NCBI RefSeq assembly: GCF_006345805.1
Contig: NC_042998.1
Span: 10,354,001 to 10,418,000 of the forward strand
DNA: 64,000 nt
Source: Octopus sinensis
Lineage: Eukaryota
Reading direction: 5' to 3'
Part shown: positions 1 through 12,520 of the stretch, one piece after another
Numbering within the stretch: the first letter of the stretch is position 1
How the letters are laid out: each line of letters starts with the position of its first letter
Notes under the pieces: generated by a model
What the model saw: only the letters and a program-made list of their open reading frames with translations
Told to the model about the DNA's origin: nothing
Databases searched by the model: none
Program-made: the position numbers and the translations under genes

Positions 1-171
1 TCCTCATTCAAGGAAGGATTTTTTTCTCTCATTCATTTATTTTTATGTAATAAAAAAGCAAACAACACCTCATGCATCATTGTTCTTCAACAATGGATTA
101 ACTCTATCTCATGATGGTGCAAATCCATTTGCACAAACAGATTTTCTTCAAGCCAAACCATCCAGCTGGAG

Positions 172-606
172 ACCTAAAAATGCTTATATAGTTATTTCCC
201 TTACAAACCCGAGCAACGCCGGGCGATACTGCTAGTTATATATAAAAGTGAAGTTGTGTGTCTGTCTCCTACGATTTAGATTCCTAACTACTCCCACATT
301 TTGCGGTGCAGTTTAACCAAAACCGGGTATCTTATAGTCGTGATTCATATCGAGCCCTTCTGGGTATTAGCGCATGTCTACAATGAGTCTACAATTAAAA
401 AAAAAATTACCATCATTTTTTCCATTTTAATGCATTTTTTCGCTATTATATAAGGGAAGTAACTCTCTAAAAATGTCTACAATGAGTTAACGATTTAAAA
501 AAATATTTACCATAAGTTTTTTGCTATTTTTTGGCTATAAGTCTCTAAAAATGCTTATATAGTTATTTCCCTTACAAACCCGAGCAATGCCGGGCGATAC
601 TGCTAG
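172..606 (+). mobile_element. Non-autonomous Helitron: 3' fragment (172-235) plus near-complete copy (237-606)
   Basis: 3' hairpin cccgag caacg ccggg and CTAG|T at both 235 and 606. Confidence 0.85.
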
Positions 607-1199
607 TTTCTGATATAACTGAAATTATATTGTTTACAACTTGCTTGTAACCATGTTGCATAAATTGAAAATAAATTAAAGATAAATGGTTGTTGAATTA
701 CATTAACAACAATTATTTCCAAGCAGTTTTCAAATTGTTTTTAGTGTATAAAGAAGCTAAGAATAGGTGCTAAAAATACACCGGAAATATGATACACATT
801 GTCTATTATTATCAATAACTATCTCATCTTATCAGTAGTAATTCATTATGCAAAATCAGGTACAACATAAAATAGCCGTCAACCATTATGGCTTCTATTT
901 TTTGAGGTGAAACATGAAACACAAATTTCAAACTGGAAGAATTTAACCGAATAAAATTCATTTGATAAAATTTAGTCAAAACCTGCAAGAAATCAAAAAT
1001 TATATATAATAAGCATAATAATATTATTAATACCTTAATATATAACACACACATACACACATGCACGTGTGCACACACACAGACACACATGCACACAAAT
1101 ATGCACACATACATATGCACAAACATGCACACAAATATGTACACAAGCACACACACACACACACACAGAGACACAGACACACACTCACACATATATTGC

Positions 1200-1350
1200 A
1201 CACTGTAAAGTGTTTAGCACTAGGAAGAGCTTCCAGCTATGGAAACCATGCTAAGGGTAACACTGGAGTTTGACACAGTCCTGCAGCTTGCCAGATCCTG
1301 TTATACTGCCCAATCCATACCAACATGGAAAATGGATGTTAAATGATGAT
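1200..1350 (+). mobile_element. Diverged RTE 3' tail fragment
   Basis: taggaagagcttccagctatggaaacc...catggaaaatggatgttaaatgatgat. Confidence 0.6.
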
Positions 1351-1371
1351 AAATATATATATATATATCAG

Positions 1372-1557
1372 TCGCCATGATAGATCGTTAGGCGCTACAC
1401 ACATTTTTTTCTCTCCTTGTTTTTTCTGTGTCCCTTTCTCTAGAAGAGCATAGGCTCGAAATGTAAAAGACTTTTTCTATTCCTGAGCGTTATACTAATA
1501 CATCTGTTTGTTTTGTACAACTGCCTTCGTCTTTTGTTTTTTTGTAAACTCTCCCTA
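1372..1557 (+). mobile_element. Probable Penelope-like terminal fragment
   Basis: Contains GAGC atag GCTC-GAAATGTA-AAAGAC (eroded mini-hammerhead) followed by ttcctgagcg, which is shared with the 3.2-kb element. Confidence 0.4.
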
Positions 1558-1607
1558 AACGGTTTATTGAATTTTAACGGTAAACATAGGATAATTCATT
1601 CATCCAT

Positions 1608-1664
<57 letters not shown>

Positions 1665-1683
1665 AGTAAGATTATTATGTATG

Positions 1684-1762
<79 letters not shown>

Positions 1763-1772
1763 GGTATATATA

Positions 1773-1827
<55 letters not shown>

Positions 1828-2134
1828 ATATATATATTATATAAAATAATAATAATGATAATAATTAACAGAATAATATAAAAAATTCAAGGCTGTGAAT
1901 AGTTTTCAGAACATTTATAAGGAGAAGTCTTACAGCTGTTTCCAGGATATTTTATATATCCCTTCATGAGAGATAGTGTAAGAAAATGTTTAAGTAATAA
2001 TTATTGTAGAGAAGATATGAAATACAGGGGGAAGTGAAGGATGGAAATAGAATTGAGATATTTAAGGTATATGTGTATATATATATATATATATATTATT
2101 ATATATATATATATATATTATATTATATATATAT

Positions 2135-2410
2135 CCGAACGTGGCCGATGCCAGTGCTGCCTTGACTGGCTTCTGTGCCGGTGGCATGTAAAAAGTACCA
2201 ACCGATCGTGGCCGCTGCCAGACTCCCCTGGTACGTAAAAAGCACCCACTACACTCACGGAGTTGTTGGCATTAGGAAGGGCATCCAGCTGTAGAAACAT
2301 TGCCAGATCAGACTGGAGCCTGGTGCAGCCCCTGGCTTCTCAGACCCCGGTCAAACCGTCCAACCCTTGCTAGCACAGAAAACGGACGTTAAATGATGAT
2401 GATGATGATA
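2135..2410 (+). mobile_element. RTE 3' UTR/tail fragment
   Basis: gttggcattaggaagggcatccagctgtagaaac...ggacgttaaatgatgatgatg; matches 10690-10844. Confidence 0.85.
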
Positions 2411-2486
2411 TTTTATTTGTTAGGGAATAAAAATCCCGGCATCACGGGGGTTCAAATTATTCTCAATGAGGAAATATATATTTTTT

Positions 2487-2853
2487 TATTTAGAGATAGT
2501 AGTCCCCTTCATCCCACCCTATAAAAGAATTTAATTTAATACTTACTACTTGTATCTCGGCCACACGTGTTTCTTGAGGTTCCTTTTCCAGTTGCTTAAC
2601 CACGCCGTGTTTTGCGGGAACCTTTCTTAAAATGTAACCCCAATCATCAGGTCTCTAAATATTTATCATAGTTTTATACTAAAAACTATATTTTAATCAT
2701 GATAAAGTTATTTAGAGGCCTGATGATTGGGGTTATATTTTAAGAAAGGTTATATTTTAAGAACACGTATAGCCGAGATATGAGTAGTAAGTATTAAATT
2801 AAATTAAAATTCTTTTATATGGTGGGATGAAGGGGACTACTATCCTCTGAATA
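2487..2853. repeat. Imperfect palindrome (head-to-head inverted repeat), probable Penelope-like terminus
   Basis: Arms 2487-2669 and 2699-2853 are reverse complements (internal deletion in the right arm); both carry CTGATGA. Confidence 0.85.
2556..2655 (-). ncRNA. Degenerate type I hammerhead ribozyme
   Basis: Minus: CUGAUGA-UUGGGGUU...AACCUCAA-GAAAC acgu GU-G-GCC; 8-bp stem II, palindromic ACGU loop; the triplet is GUG here but the other arm has A at position 17. Confidence 0.6.
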
Positions 2854-2874
2854 TATATATATATATATATATCT

Positions 2875-3348
2875 CCCTTCCTCCTTCCTTCTTTTTCTTG
2901 TCTGCTAGCTGACCACTAGTCTCGCCCTACCTCACACGCCTACACACAGACGCACACACTAACACACATATATATTTTTTTGTTTTTCATCTCGCCTCAC
3001 ACACACACCATAAACACACACGCACATGCACACACTCACACATACACACACATCTGTTGGGTTACCAACCTTGTCTCCACTCTTTTGCCTTAAAAAAACC
3101 CACTTTGCTCTTGTTATCGTCAACATCCGCCTTCACCATGTGCAACTCGTAAACACCGTCTTTTTTTCTTTTCTCTTTCCCTGTTGCCCGCTCTGGGATC
3201 TTTCTTTCCTCTCTCTTCTTCTTTATGTTTCCGACGAAGAGCTCCGCTCGAAACGTCATACCTCCCTGCTTCCATCTCCTGAGCGCCTATTAATAATAAT
3301 ACTGTAATTGTTCCTGTTGTTGTTGTTTTTTTGTTTCCCTTTTGGATT

Positions 3349-3350
<2 letters not shown>
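2875..3350 (+). mobile_element. Probable Penelope-like terminal fragment
   Basis: CCGACGA-A-GAGC tcc GCTC-GAAACGTC at 3231-3257; the downstream 90 bp is repeated at 58140-58230. Confidence 0.45.
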
Positions 3351-3392
<42 letters not shown>

Positions 3393-3393
3393 C

Positions 3394-3447
<54 letters not shown>

Positions 3448-3797
3448 ATACATACATATATATATATTATATATATGTATTATATAATATCTATGTATAT
3501 ATCTATATATATATATATTATGTTGATAAAGAAACAATTGTTCAGCATTAATCTATCTTTTCGTTGTACTTAACTTTCCTTACGTTGAAGGTAATGTTTT
3601 TCTTCTGTGGAAACAACTTCGGTGGCATACCAGAATAAGGAGCTATTTCTAGCACTAGAGTTAACCACTTAACGTTAACTCTCTTATATTTACGTATAAA
3701 TTTGTACTGTCTCCCTGGTTTTTTATGTGCTAGGCCACTTGATGTTAAACTGACGGTATTATTAAATTAATATCTAATTTTTCACCCTCATTTATGA

Positions 3798-3867
<70 letters not shown>

Positions 3868-3871
3868 TATA

Positions 3872-4795
3872 CATAGGCCATGTACAGATATGCTGTCAGT
3901 AAGGTGAGAGTTAACCACAAGTACAACAAAATATTTGGTGTACAGGTAGGGATTCATCAAGGCTCCATGCTCAGATCCCTCATTTTCATCATTGTCCTCC
4001 AGGCCAGAACAGAGGAATTCAAGACCAGTAGCTCCTGGGAATTACTATATGCTGATGATCTTGCCTACATAGCAGATTCCATATCAGAGCTAGAAGAAGA
4101 ATTCCAGGTATAGAAGTAAAACCTGGAATCTAAGAGCCTTAAGGTTAACTTAGCAAATATTAAGGTCCTGGTAATCAAGAAAACTGACAGGATCCTACAC
4201 ACCTCAGGTAGATCACTCTGTTCGATTTGTAAGAAAAGTGTAGGCAGGAACTCCATGCAGTGTAGCCAGTGTAAGCTATGGACTCATAAGAGGTGCAATG
4301 GATTAATAGGAAGATTATCAGAGAAGATAGTTTTCATATGTGGAAGATGCACAAAACCCATAAAAACTTTAGAGATTTGGGAAATTGATTGATTCTCTCA
4401 AATGCCTTGGTGGTTCATTAGAGGTCATAGATAACTTCTGCTACCTAGGGGACCAAATTAGTAGTGGGGAAGAATGCACGGAGAGTGTGATAGCTAGAAT
4501 AAGAATAGGATGGAGGATATTCAGAGAGCTGTTACCTTGGTTGGCCATGAAATGTTTCTTATTCTGAGTGAAAGGAAGATTGTATGATGTACATATACAG
4601 ACTGGCAATTCTACATGGTTGTGGGATGTGGGACTTGAATGCAGTGGACATGTGAAGGTTAGAAAAGTATGAAGCTAGTATACACCACTGGATGTGTACT
4701 GTAGGTGTACATGTTTGACAAAGTGCTAGGGGATTGAGAGAGAAGTTAGGCATATGAGGAATTACTTGCTGTGCACCTATATTATTATGTGTACC
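3872..4795 (+). mobile_element. Older fragment of the same RTE family (RT C-terminal half)
   Basis: GIHQGS.L..LIFIIVLQA, ELLYADDLA, NFCYLGDQIS; collinear with 8810-9700; several stops. Confidence 0.9.
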
Positions 4796-5589
4796 TGCAC
4801 CTTTCAACAATGATCTGTACCTACCCAGATTGTTCAGTTTTGTAGGTGATGTCTTTTTATCCCCCAGATCCCGCTTGATTGAGTAAACCTTTAAATCAAA
4901 AGTATTCTGATAACATCTATTACAAATTTAAGGATATCTAGAACCACATCTTGCAATCTACTCTCCTTGTTGAGGATGTTATGGTGTGTGATTTGAAGAA
5001 GATTTTGGTGTGTGATTTGAGGGAGATTTTGTTGCTATTAGTAGTAGGTCTAGCAACCACAATCATTATTGGATACTTGTCTAAAAGTAGCAAGGCAAAT
5101 GGGTGTTAAGATGATAAGACTGTGAGAAGGTAAAGTCAGTGGCAAGATTTAAACAATCTGACCAACAAACATTCAACTTTACTTAGCTATTCCTGGCATT
5201 TAAGTAAAAGAAAGGATATATTTTTTATATTCAAAATCTATTTAATCTTTCAGCTATTCTATTACATCTAATAAGTTTGAGCTAGGCCATGCTTTGCTGA
5301 GGAAGCCTAAAAAGACCAAAACATATCCAAAGTCGTTTCCCTTATTTAACAAAGATTAGTTACATTTGCTAAAGCATGTCTCAGTTCAATTTTTAACTAG
5401 TTTGAATTCTGAACTTGTTTACTTTGCCTTTGAAAAGGATTATCATTAATGCTAATGATTTTTCTATTAATCACTAAAGTAATTTTATTGAATAAAAACT
5501 TTTTGTTTTGGTTTAATTCATTAAGTATGCATCCCAGAAACATCTTCTAATTTTAGTAATACTAACTTTATGTTCTTAACTTTGAATAG

Positions 5590-5970
5590 ACTTGTCAACC
5601 ACATGACTTCACATTCAGTGACATTGGGCGACCCTATGGACAAGTGTCTTCTACTATAGCCCTGGGCTGACCAAAGTCTTGTGAGCAGATTTTGTAGATA
5701 GAAACTGAAAGAAGCTTGTTGTGTGTGTGTGTGTGCGCGCGCGTGTGTCTGATGCCATAGTTGTAAACAAGTGTCACCATCATACAAGTGGTGTCTTTCA
5801 TTTCTAGTCTGCCATGAAAACACATCAGGCCATGGAGAATATTACCTTATTTGGAGACAGGTAAGAGCTGGTGACAAGAAGGGCATCCAGCCATAGAAAA
5901 TCTACCCCAATGAATTCTATCCGACACATGTAAGCATTTAATGTGTATATTAAAACAATTGTGATGATGT
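5590..5970 (+). mobile_element. Old SINE (family A-like body) with RTE-like tail
   Basis: ggacaagtgtcttctactatagccc...gaagggcatccagccatagaaaa...gatgatg. Confidence 0.6.
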
Positions 5971-6289
5971 TGTCTAAATGTAGATCAACTTTTTCTTTTT
6001 AATGTTTTTATTCCCAATAAACTTTATATTTTTTAATTACCTTGTTTTCCACATTCTTTTTCTGACTGTTTATCATTCCTCTTTGTCTGTGTCTGTCTGT
6101 TTCTTTCTCTTGTTCTTTCCCTGTCAAAGTTTTGTCCCTTAAATCAAGGAACCTAGTGTAGCCAGGAACCACGCTAGGGTTCGTAGTCTGTTTTAGCATG
6201 GTTTCTACAGTTGGAGGCCTTTCCTAATGTCACCCACTTCACAGAGTGAACTTTGTGCATTTTATGCTGCACCAACACATGTGCTTTAT

Positions 6290-6503
6290 ATATATATATG
6301 TATGTATGTATGTATTATGTATGTATGTATGTATGTATGTATGTATGTATGTATGTATGTATGTATGTATGTATGTATGTATATGTATGTATGTATGCAT
6401 GTATGTATGTATGTATGTATGTATGTATGTATGTATGTATGTATGTATGTATGTATGTATTTATTTATTATATATATGTGTGTGTGTATACATACATACA
6501 TAT

Positions 6504-6561
<58 letters not shown>

Positions 6562-6575
6562 CATATATATGTATA
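6290..6575. repeat. (TATG)n/(TA)n microsatellite
   Basis: Direct reading; representative of dozens of similar tracts in the window. Confidence 0.95.
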
Positions 6576-6602
6576 TATCGTTTCGTTTTTGTTGTTTATC
6601 AC

Positions 6603-6893
6603 TTAACGTCTGCTTTCCATGCTAGCATGGGTTGGACAGTTTGACCGGGATCTGGGAAGCCAGGAGGCAACACCAGGCTCCAGTCTGATCTGGCAGTGTT
6701 TCTACAGCTGGATACCCTTCCTAACGACAACCACTCCATGAGTGTAATAGCTGTTTTTAACGTCCCACTGGCACAGGTGCCAGGGGAGGTTGGCAATGGC
6801 CATGATTGGTCGGTGCTTTTTATGTGCCACCGGCACGGAAGCCAGTCAAAGCGTTGCTGGCATCGGCCAGTCAAGGTGGCGCTGGCATTGGCC
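6603..6893 (-). mobile_element. RTE 3' UTR/tail fragment
   Basis: Reverse complement of the 2135-2410 type. Confidence 0.85.
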
Positions 6894-6894
6894 A

Positions 6895-6896
6895 TA

Positions 6897-6981
<85 letters not shown>

Positions 6982-6999
6982 CTCTCTCTTTCTCTCTTC

Positions 7000-7037
<38 letters not shown>

Positions 7038-7041
7038 CTTC

Positions 7042-7077
<36 letters not shown>

Positions 7078-7088
7078 ATATTATATAC
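6895..7088. repeat. Compound (TATC)n(TC)n(TA)n microsatellite at the 5' junction of the RTE LINE
   Basis: Direct reading. Confidence 0.95.
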
Positions 7089-7089
7089 A

Positions 7090-10000
7090 AGATTTTCTGG
7101 GCAGGAACACTGACGGGGTTGGAGGCGTGGGTATACTTATCGCTGAGAAATGGGTAGATAAAGTAATTGAGGTAATCAGAGTATGCGACAGAATACTTAA
7201 GATTAGATTAGTGCTTCATCATAGTTTAGCAACCATTATATCAGCCTATGCTCCTCAGTCGGGGCTACCTGATGGACAGAAAGACCGATTCTATGACACT
7301 CTACTGCAGACTACCTCGTTGACAAACGACAGAGACCTTCTCTTTGTGGCTGGTGACTTCAATGGTCACGTTGGACGACATGCTGGGGGCTTCCACGGCG
7401 TACATGGAGGCTATGGCTCTGGTTCCCGCAACGAGGAGGGAACCAGGCTGCTGGAGTTCTGCAATGCAAATAATCTTATGATTTGCAACACTAACTTCAG
7501 GAAACCTACCAGCCACCTAGTCACCTACCGATCGGGCCAACATACCAGCCAAATTGACTACATCCTTGCCAGGCAAAGGGAGAGATGGCTACTTATAAAT
7601 GCCAAAACCTTCCCAGGCGAAGAATGCACCCCACAACATAGACTGGTAGTTAGTGATTTTAGGATCAGGAGTAGGAGGACAACCAGAAGACGACCAACAT
7701 GGAGAAGAAGGATCTGGAAGCTTAAGGATCCTGTAAATGGACAGAGATTTAGAGACATGTTACTTGAAGCCTTTGACGAAGTAGAAGGGGATAGAGTATC
7801 ACATGGGGTAGAGGACAACTGGACGTTCTAAGGGACAACCTGCTGAGAGCCACTGACCAGATCTGTGGCTGGTGCAAAGTCCCCTCTCGTCCCAAGGTAA
7901 CGTGGTGGTGGAACAGTGTCGTAGACAGGCTATTAGAGAAAAGAGACAGACTTGGAAGCACTGGAAGAATGGTGGTAGCAGGGAATTGTATCAGACTGCT
8001 AAAAGGGAAGCTAGGAGACAGGTCTATCTAGCCAGAGGGGAAGCAGATAAGAAAAAATTTGCCAATGTTCTGCGCCGTGAGGACCAAAGACTGGAGGTGT
8101 TTCGCGTTGCAAGACAGTGTGTGAGAGAGAATTGTGATGTGGTGGGAGAGAAGTGGTTCGCATGGAAGATGGTTCACTTGCGCTAAACGAGGATGCAAAG
8201 AGAGAGGCTTGGAGACGCCACTATGAAAGGTTGCTGAATAAAGAAAATGAATGGGATAAAGAGAGTCTGCCGAACGTTGACCCAACAGAGGGACCAGCTA
8301 TCAGGGTTGATAGTTCCTTAGTAGCTAAGGCAATTAGAAGCGTGAAGACAGGGAAAGCCCCAGGCCCATCAGGTATCACTGCAGAGATGCTCAAAATATC
8401 TGGTAGTGTCGGCTATAGCCTAGTCACCTGTATAGTTAATCAGGTGATACATGAAGGAGTCATACCCAATGACTGGTGTAGCAGCATAATAGTCAACTGC
8501 TACAAAGGTAAAAGTGATGCCCTAGATACAAATAATTACAGAGGTATCAAGCTGTTGGATCAGGTGATGAAGGTTACAGAGAGGGTCATAAGCCAACTAA
8601 TTAGAGAGAGAGTTAGTTTAGATGAGATGCAGTTTGGTTTCGTGCCAGGGAAAAGTACTGCTGATGCTATATTCCTGGTAAGGCAGCTGCAGGAGAAATA
8701 CCTACCTGGCTTTTGTTGACATGGAGAAAGCCTTCGACAGGGTCCCCCGATCCCTTATCTGGTGGTCAATGAGGAAACTAGGGATAGATGAATGGTTAGT
8801 GAGAGCTGTGCAAGCCATGTACAGGGACGCTGCTAGTAAGGTGAGGGTTGGAAATGAGTACAGTGAAGAATTCCGGGTAGAGGTAGGGGTCCACCAAGAC
8901 TCAGTCCTCAGCCCCCTCCTATTTATCATAGTCCTCCAGGCAATAACGGAGGAATTCAAGACAGGATGCCCCTGGGAGCTCCTCTATGCTGATGACCTTG
9001 CTCTAATTGCTGAGTCATTATCAGAACTGGAGAGGAAGTTTCAGGTGTGGAAGCATGGTTTAGAATCGAAGGGCCTTAGAGTCAACCTAGCTAAAACCAA
9101 AGTACTAATAAGTAGGAAGGTAGACAAATCACAAACGCCTTCAGGTAGATGGCCCTGCTCGATCTGTAGAAAAGGTGTAGGTAGAAACTCTATAAGATGC
9201 ACCAAGTGTAAGCTATGGACACATAAGAGGTGCAGCAATGTCATAGGAAGGCTAACTAGGAAGATGGTTTTTGTATGTGACAGATGCTCGGGAGCATTAA
9301 CCTCTGAAAATCTGCAGAAAACAACTTCCGTCACTTTCCAGGGGGAAAAACTAGAAGTAGTTGATAGCTTCCGTTATCTTGGTGACCAAGTCAGTAGTGG
9401 GGGTGGGTGTGCTGAAAGTGTAACGGCTAGAGTAAGAATAGCCTGGGCAAAGTTTAGGGAGATCTTACCTCTGCTGGTGACTAAAGGCCTCTCGCTCAGA
9501 GTAAAAGGCAGACTGTATGATGCATGTGTACGAACAGCCATGCTACATGGCAGTGAAACATGGGCCGTGACTGCTGAGGACATGCATAAGCTCGTGAGAA
9601 ATGAAGCTAGTATGCTCTGTTGGATGTGTAATGTCAGTGTTCATACTCGACAGAGTGTAAGTACCTTGAGAGAAAAGTTGGACCTAAGAGGAATCAGATG
9701 TTGTGTGCAAGAGAGACGATTGCGCTGATATGGTCATGTGGTGAGAATGGATGAAGATAGGTGTGTGAAAAAGTGCCACACCCTGGCAGTTGAGGGGACC
9801 TGTGGAAGAGGTAGACCCAGGAAAACCTGGGTCGAGGTGGTGAAGCACGACCTTCGAACTCTAGGTCTCACCAAGGAAATGACCAGAGACCGAGACCTAT
9901 GGAAGTATGCTGTGCGTGAGAAGACCCGGCAAGACCAGTGAGAACAATCAAAATCAAATCATATATCAGAAAGCAGGGGTTAAGTGACCCATCCGTTCGT

Positions 10001-10844
10001 GTCTGGCACCCGTGCCGGTGATGCGTAAAAGCACCATTCGCTCGTGGCCGTTTGCCAGCTCTGCCTGGCCCCGTGTCCGTGGCACGTAAAAGCACCATCC
10101 GTTCGTGTTCGTTGCCAGCCTCGCCTGGCCCCGTGCCGGTGATGCGTAAAAGCACCATCCGTTCGTGGCCGTTTGCCAGCTCTGTCTGGCCCCGTGTCGG
10201 TGGCACGTAAAAGCACCATCCGTTCGCGTCCGTTGCCAGCCTCGGCTGGCCCCCGTGCCGGTGACACGTAAAAGCACCATCAGCTCGTGGCCGTTTGCCA
10301 GCTCTGTCTGGCAACCGTGTCGGTGGCACATAAAAGCACCATCCGTTCGTGTCCGTTGCCAGCCTCGGCTGGCCCCCGTGCCGGTGACACGTAAAAGCAC
10401 CGTCCGCTCGTGCCGTTTGCCAGCTCTGTCTGGCAACCGTGTCGGTGGCACGTAAAAGCACCATCCGTTCGCGTCCGTTGCCAGCCTCGCCTGGCCCCGT
10501 GCCGGTGACACGTAAAAGCACCATCCGCTCGTGGCCGTTTGCCAGCTCTGTCTGGCAACCGTGTCGGTGGCACGTAAAAGCACCATCCGTTCGCGTCTGT
10601 TGCCAGCCTCGGCTGGCCCCCGTGCCGGTGACACGTAAAAGCACCATCCGTTCGTGGCCGTTCGCCAGCTCTGTCTGGCACCTGTGCAGGTGGCACGTAA
10701 AAAACACCCACTACACTCGCGGAGTGGTTGGCGTTAGGAAGGGCATCCAGCCGTAGAAACACTGCCAGCTTCATAGACCCCAGTTGACCCGTCCAACCCT
10801 TGCTAGCATGGAAAGCGGACGCTAAACGATGATGATGATGATGA
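7090..10844 (+). mobile_element. RTE-clade LINE, 5'-truncated, disrupted ORF (APE endonuclease, RT, PHD-like finger), 3' UTR minisatellite, (GAT)n tail
   Basis: APE motifs SAYAPQ, GDFNGH, SQIDYIL, QHRLV; RT motifs NYRGIKLL, QFGF, D.EKAFD, YADD, FRYLG, RLR*YGH; stops or frameshifts near 7830, 8155, 8710 and 9726. Confidence 0.95.
9990..10710 (+). repeat. Minisatellite of 60-62-bp units in alternating A/B form (about 122-bp higher-order dimer)
   Basis: 12 occurrences of the (g)taaaa(g)cacc motif from 10025 to 10696. Confidence 0.95.
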
Positions 10845-11210
10845 TATATATATATCTGGCCAAAGTTTGCCAGGGAATCATGAAATGGCACATACTCAGA
10901 TTTGTTGGAATGTTTCCTTAAAACATTTAATCCATGCATATATTCACCTGATGAAAGCGTTTTCTTTCACATGATATAATAATTCTATTCATCAATAAAA
11001 AGCATGTCTGAAACATCTGTAGCAAGCGAACCATTATCCATCTGTTGTTATTTGTTTATTATTAACTTTACACAGAACCTGCAATTAGTGTGGATAAGGA
11101 GTCGCAGTACAACTGGTGCAGTATATTCAATGGTATATTCAGTCGGGTGCTTATAATTGTACATGCTACTGGAATAAAAATCTGTCTTTATTTCATAAAG
11201 TACGCATATA

Positions 11211-11628
11211 GGCGCAGGAGTGGCTGTGTGGTAAGTAGCTTGCTTACCGACCACATGGTTCTGGGTTCAGTCCCACTGCGTGGCACCTAGGGCAAGCGTC
11301 TTCTACTATAGCCTCGGGCCGACCAAAGCCTTGTGAGTGGATTTGGTAGACGGAAACTGAAAGAAGCCTGTTGTATATATGTATATATATATATATATGT
11401 GCGTGTGTGTTTGTGTGTCTGTGTTTGTCCCCCTAGCATTGCTTGATAACCGATGCTGGTGTGTTTATGTCCCCGTCACTTAGCTGTTCGGTAAAAAGAG
11501 ACCGATAGAATAAGTACTGGGCTTACAAAAGAATAAGTCCCGGGGTTGAGTTGTTCGATTAAAGGTGGTGCTCCAGCATGACCGCAGTCAAATGACTGAA
11601 ACAAGTAAAAGAGTAAAAGAGAAAGAGT
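11211..11628 (+). mobile_element. tRNA-derived SINE family A
   Basis: A box tggctgtgtggtaag, B-box-like gggttcagtccc, CORE-like ttgggcaagtgtctt, internal (TA)/(TG) repeat, (AAAGAGT)n tail. Confidence 0.9.
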
Positions 11629-11699
11629 ATATGTTGACCTAATTTTGTTTTGTTCATTCACCTGACCTTGGTGCTTTGTTTGCTATTTAAGGAACTGAT

Positions 11700-12520
11700 T
11701 CACCTGAATCTTGAGAAAAACAATGCAGATATGCCTGCAGCTGTGAGGGGAAATTGTTGAATGACCGTCCATGAGTTATCAGAGGATATGCAAATTAGTT
11801 ATGGTTCAGTTCAGTCCATTATCTCTGAAGATTTGGGAATGAGATTCATGTTTGCCAATGTTTGTGTCAAATCTGCTTTTAGCTGACCAAAAAGACACTT
11901 GGGTTTCAGTTGCACAGTTTCTCCTTGATTACTCTCTTTACTCTTTACTCTTTTACTTGTTTCAGTCATTTGACTGCGGCCATGCTGGAGCACCGCCTTT
12001 AGTCGATCAAATCAGCCCCGGGACTTATTCTATCGGTCTCTTTTGCTAAGTTACTCTCTTTACTCTTTACTCTTTTACTTGTTTCAGTCATTTGACTGTG
12101 GCCATGCTGGAGCACCGCCTTTAGTCGAGCAAATGAACCCCAGGACTTATTCTTTCGAAGCCCAGTACTTATTCTATCGGTCTCTTTTTGCTGAACTGCT
12201 AAGTGACGGGGACGTAAACACACCAGCAATGTCAAGCAATGCTAGGGGGACAAACACAGACACACAAACACACACACGCATACATATATATATATATACA
12301 TATATATGACGGGCTTCTTTCAGTTTCTGTCTACCAAATCCATTCACAAGGCATTGGTCGGCCCGGGGCTATAGCAGAAGACACTTGCCCAAGATGCTAT
12401 GCTGTGGGACTGAACCCGGAACCATGTGGTTGGTTAGCAAGCTATTTACCACACAGCCACTCCTGCGATTGTGTCAAGAATGAAGAAAACTTTTTAGAAA
12501 ACTTTGCGTAGACCTCTGAG
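11700..12520 (+). mobile_element. Mariner transposase fragment (HTH region) interrupted by a SINE
   Basis: MTVHELSEDMQISYGSVQSIISEDLGMR..FVS.LL.ADQK; resumes DCVKNEENFLEN after the SINE. Confidence 0.75.
11931..12467 (-). mobile_element. SINE family A with duplicated 3' 120 bp
   Basis: 11931-12049 repeats the start of 12051-12467. Confidence 0.9.

Noticed and set aside
9990-10710. CRISPR-like appearance of the 60-bp array
   Set aside because: No unique spacers, units alternate between two related variants, no cas genes, eukaryotic LINE context.
11077-11131. Possible small plus-strand exon (EPAISVDKESQYNWCSIFN)
   Set aside because: Too short, no homology recognised, no partner exons.
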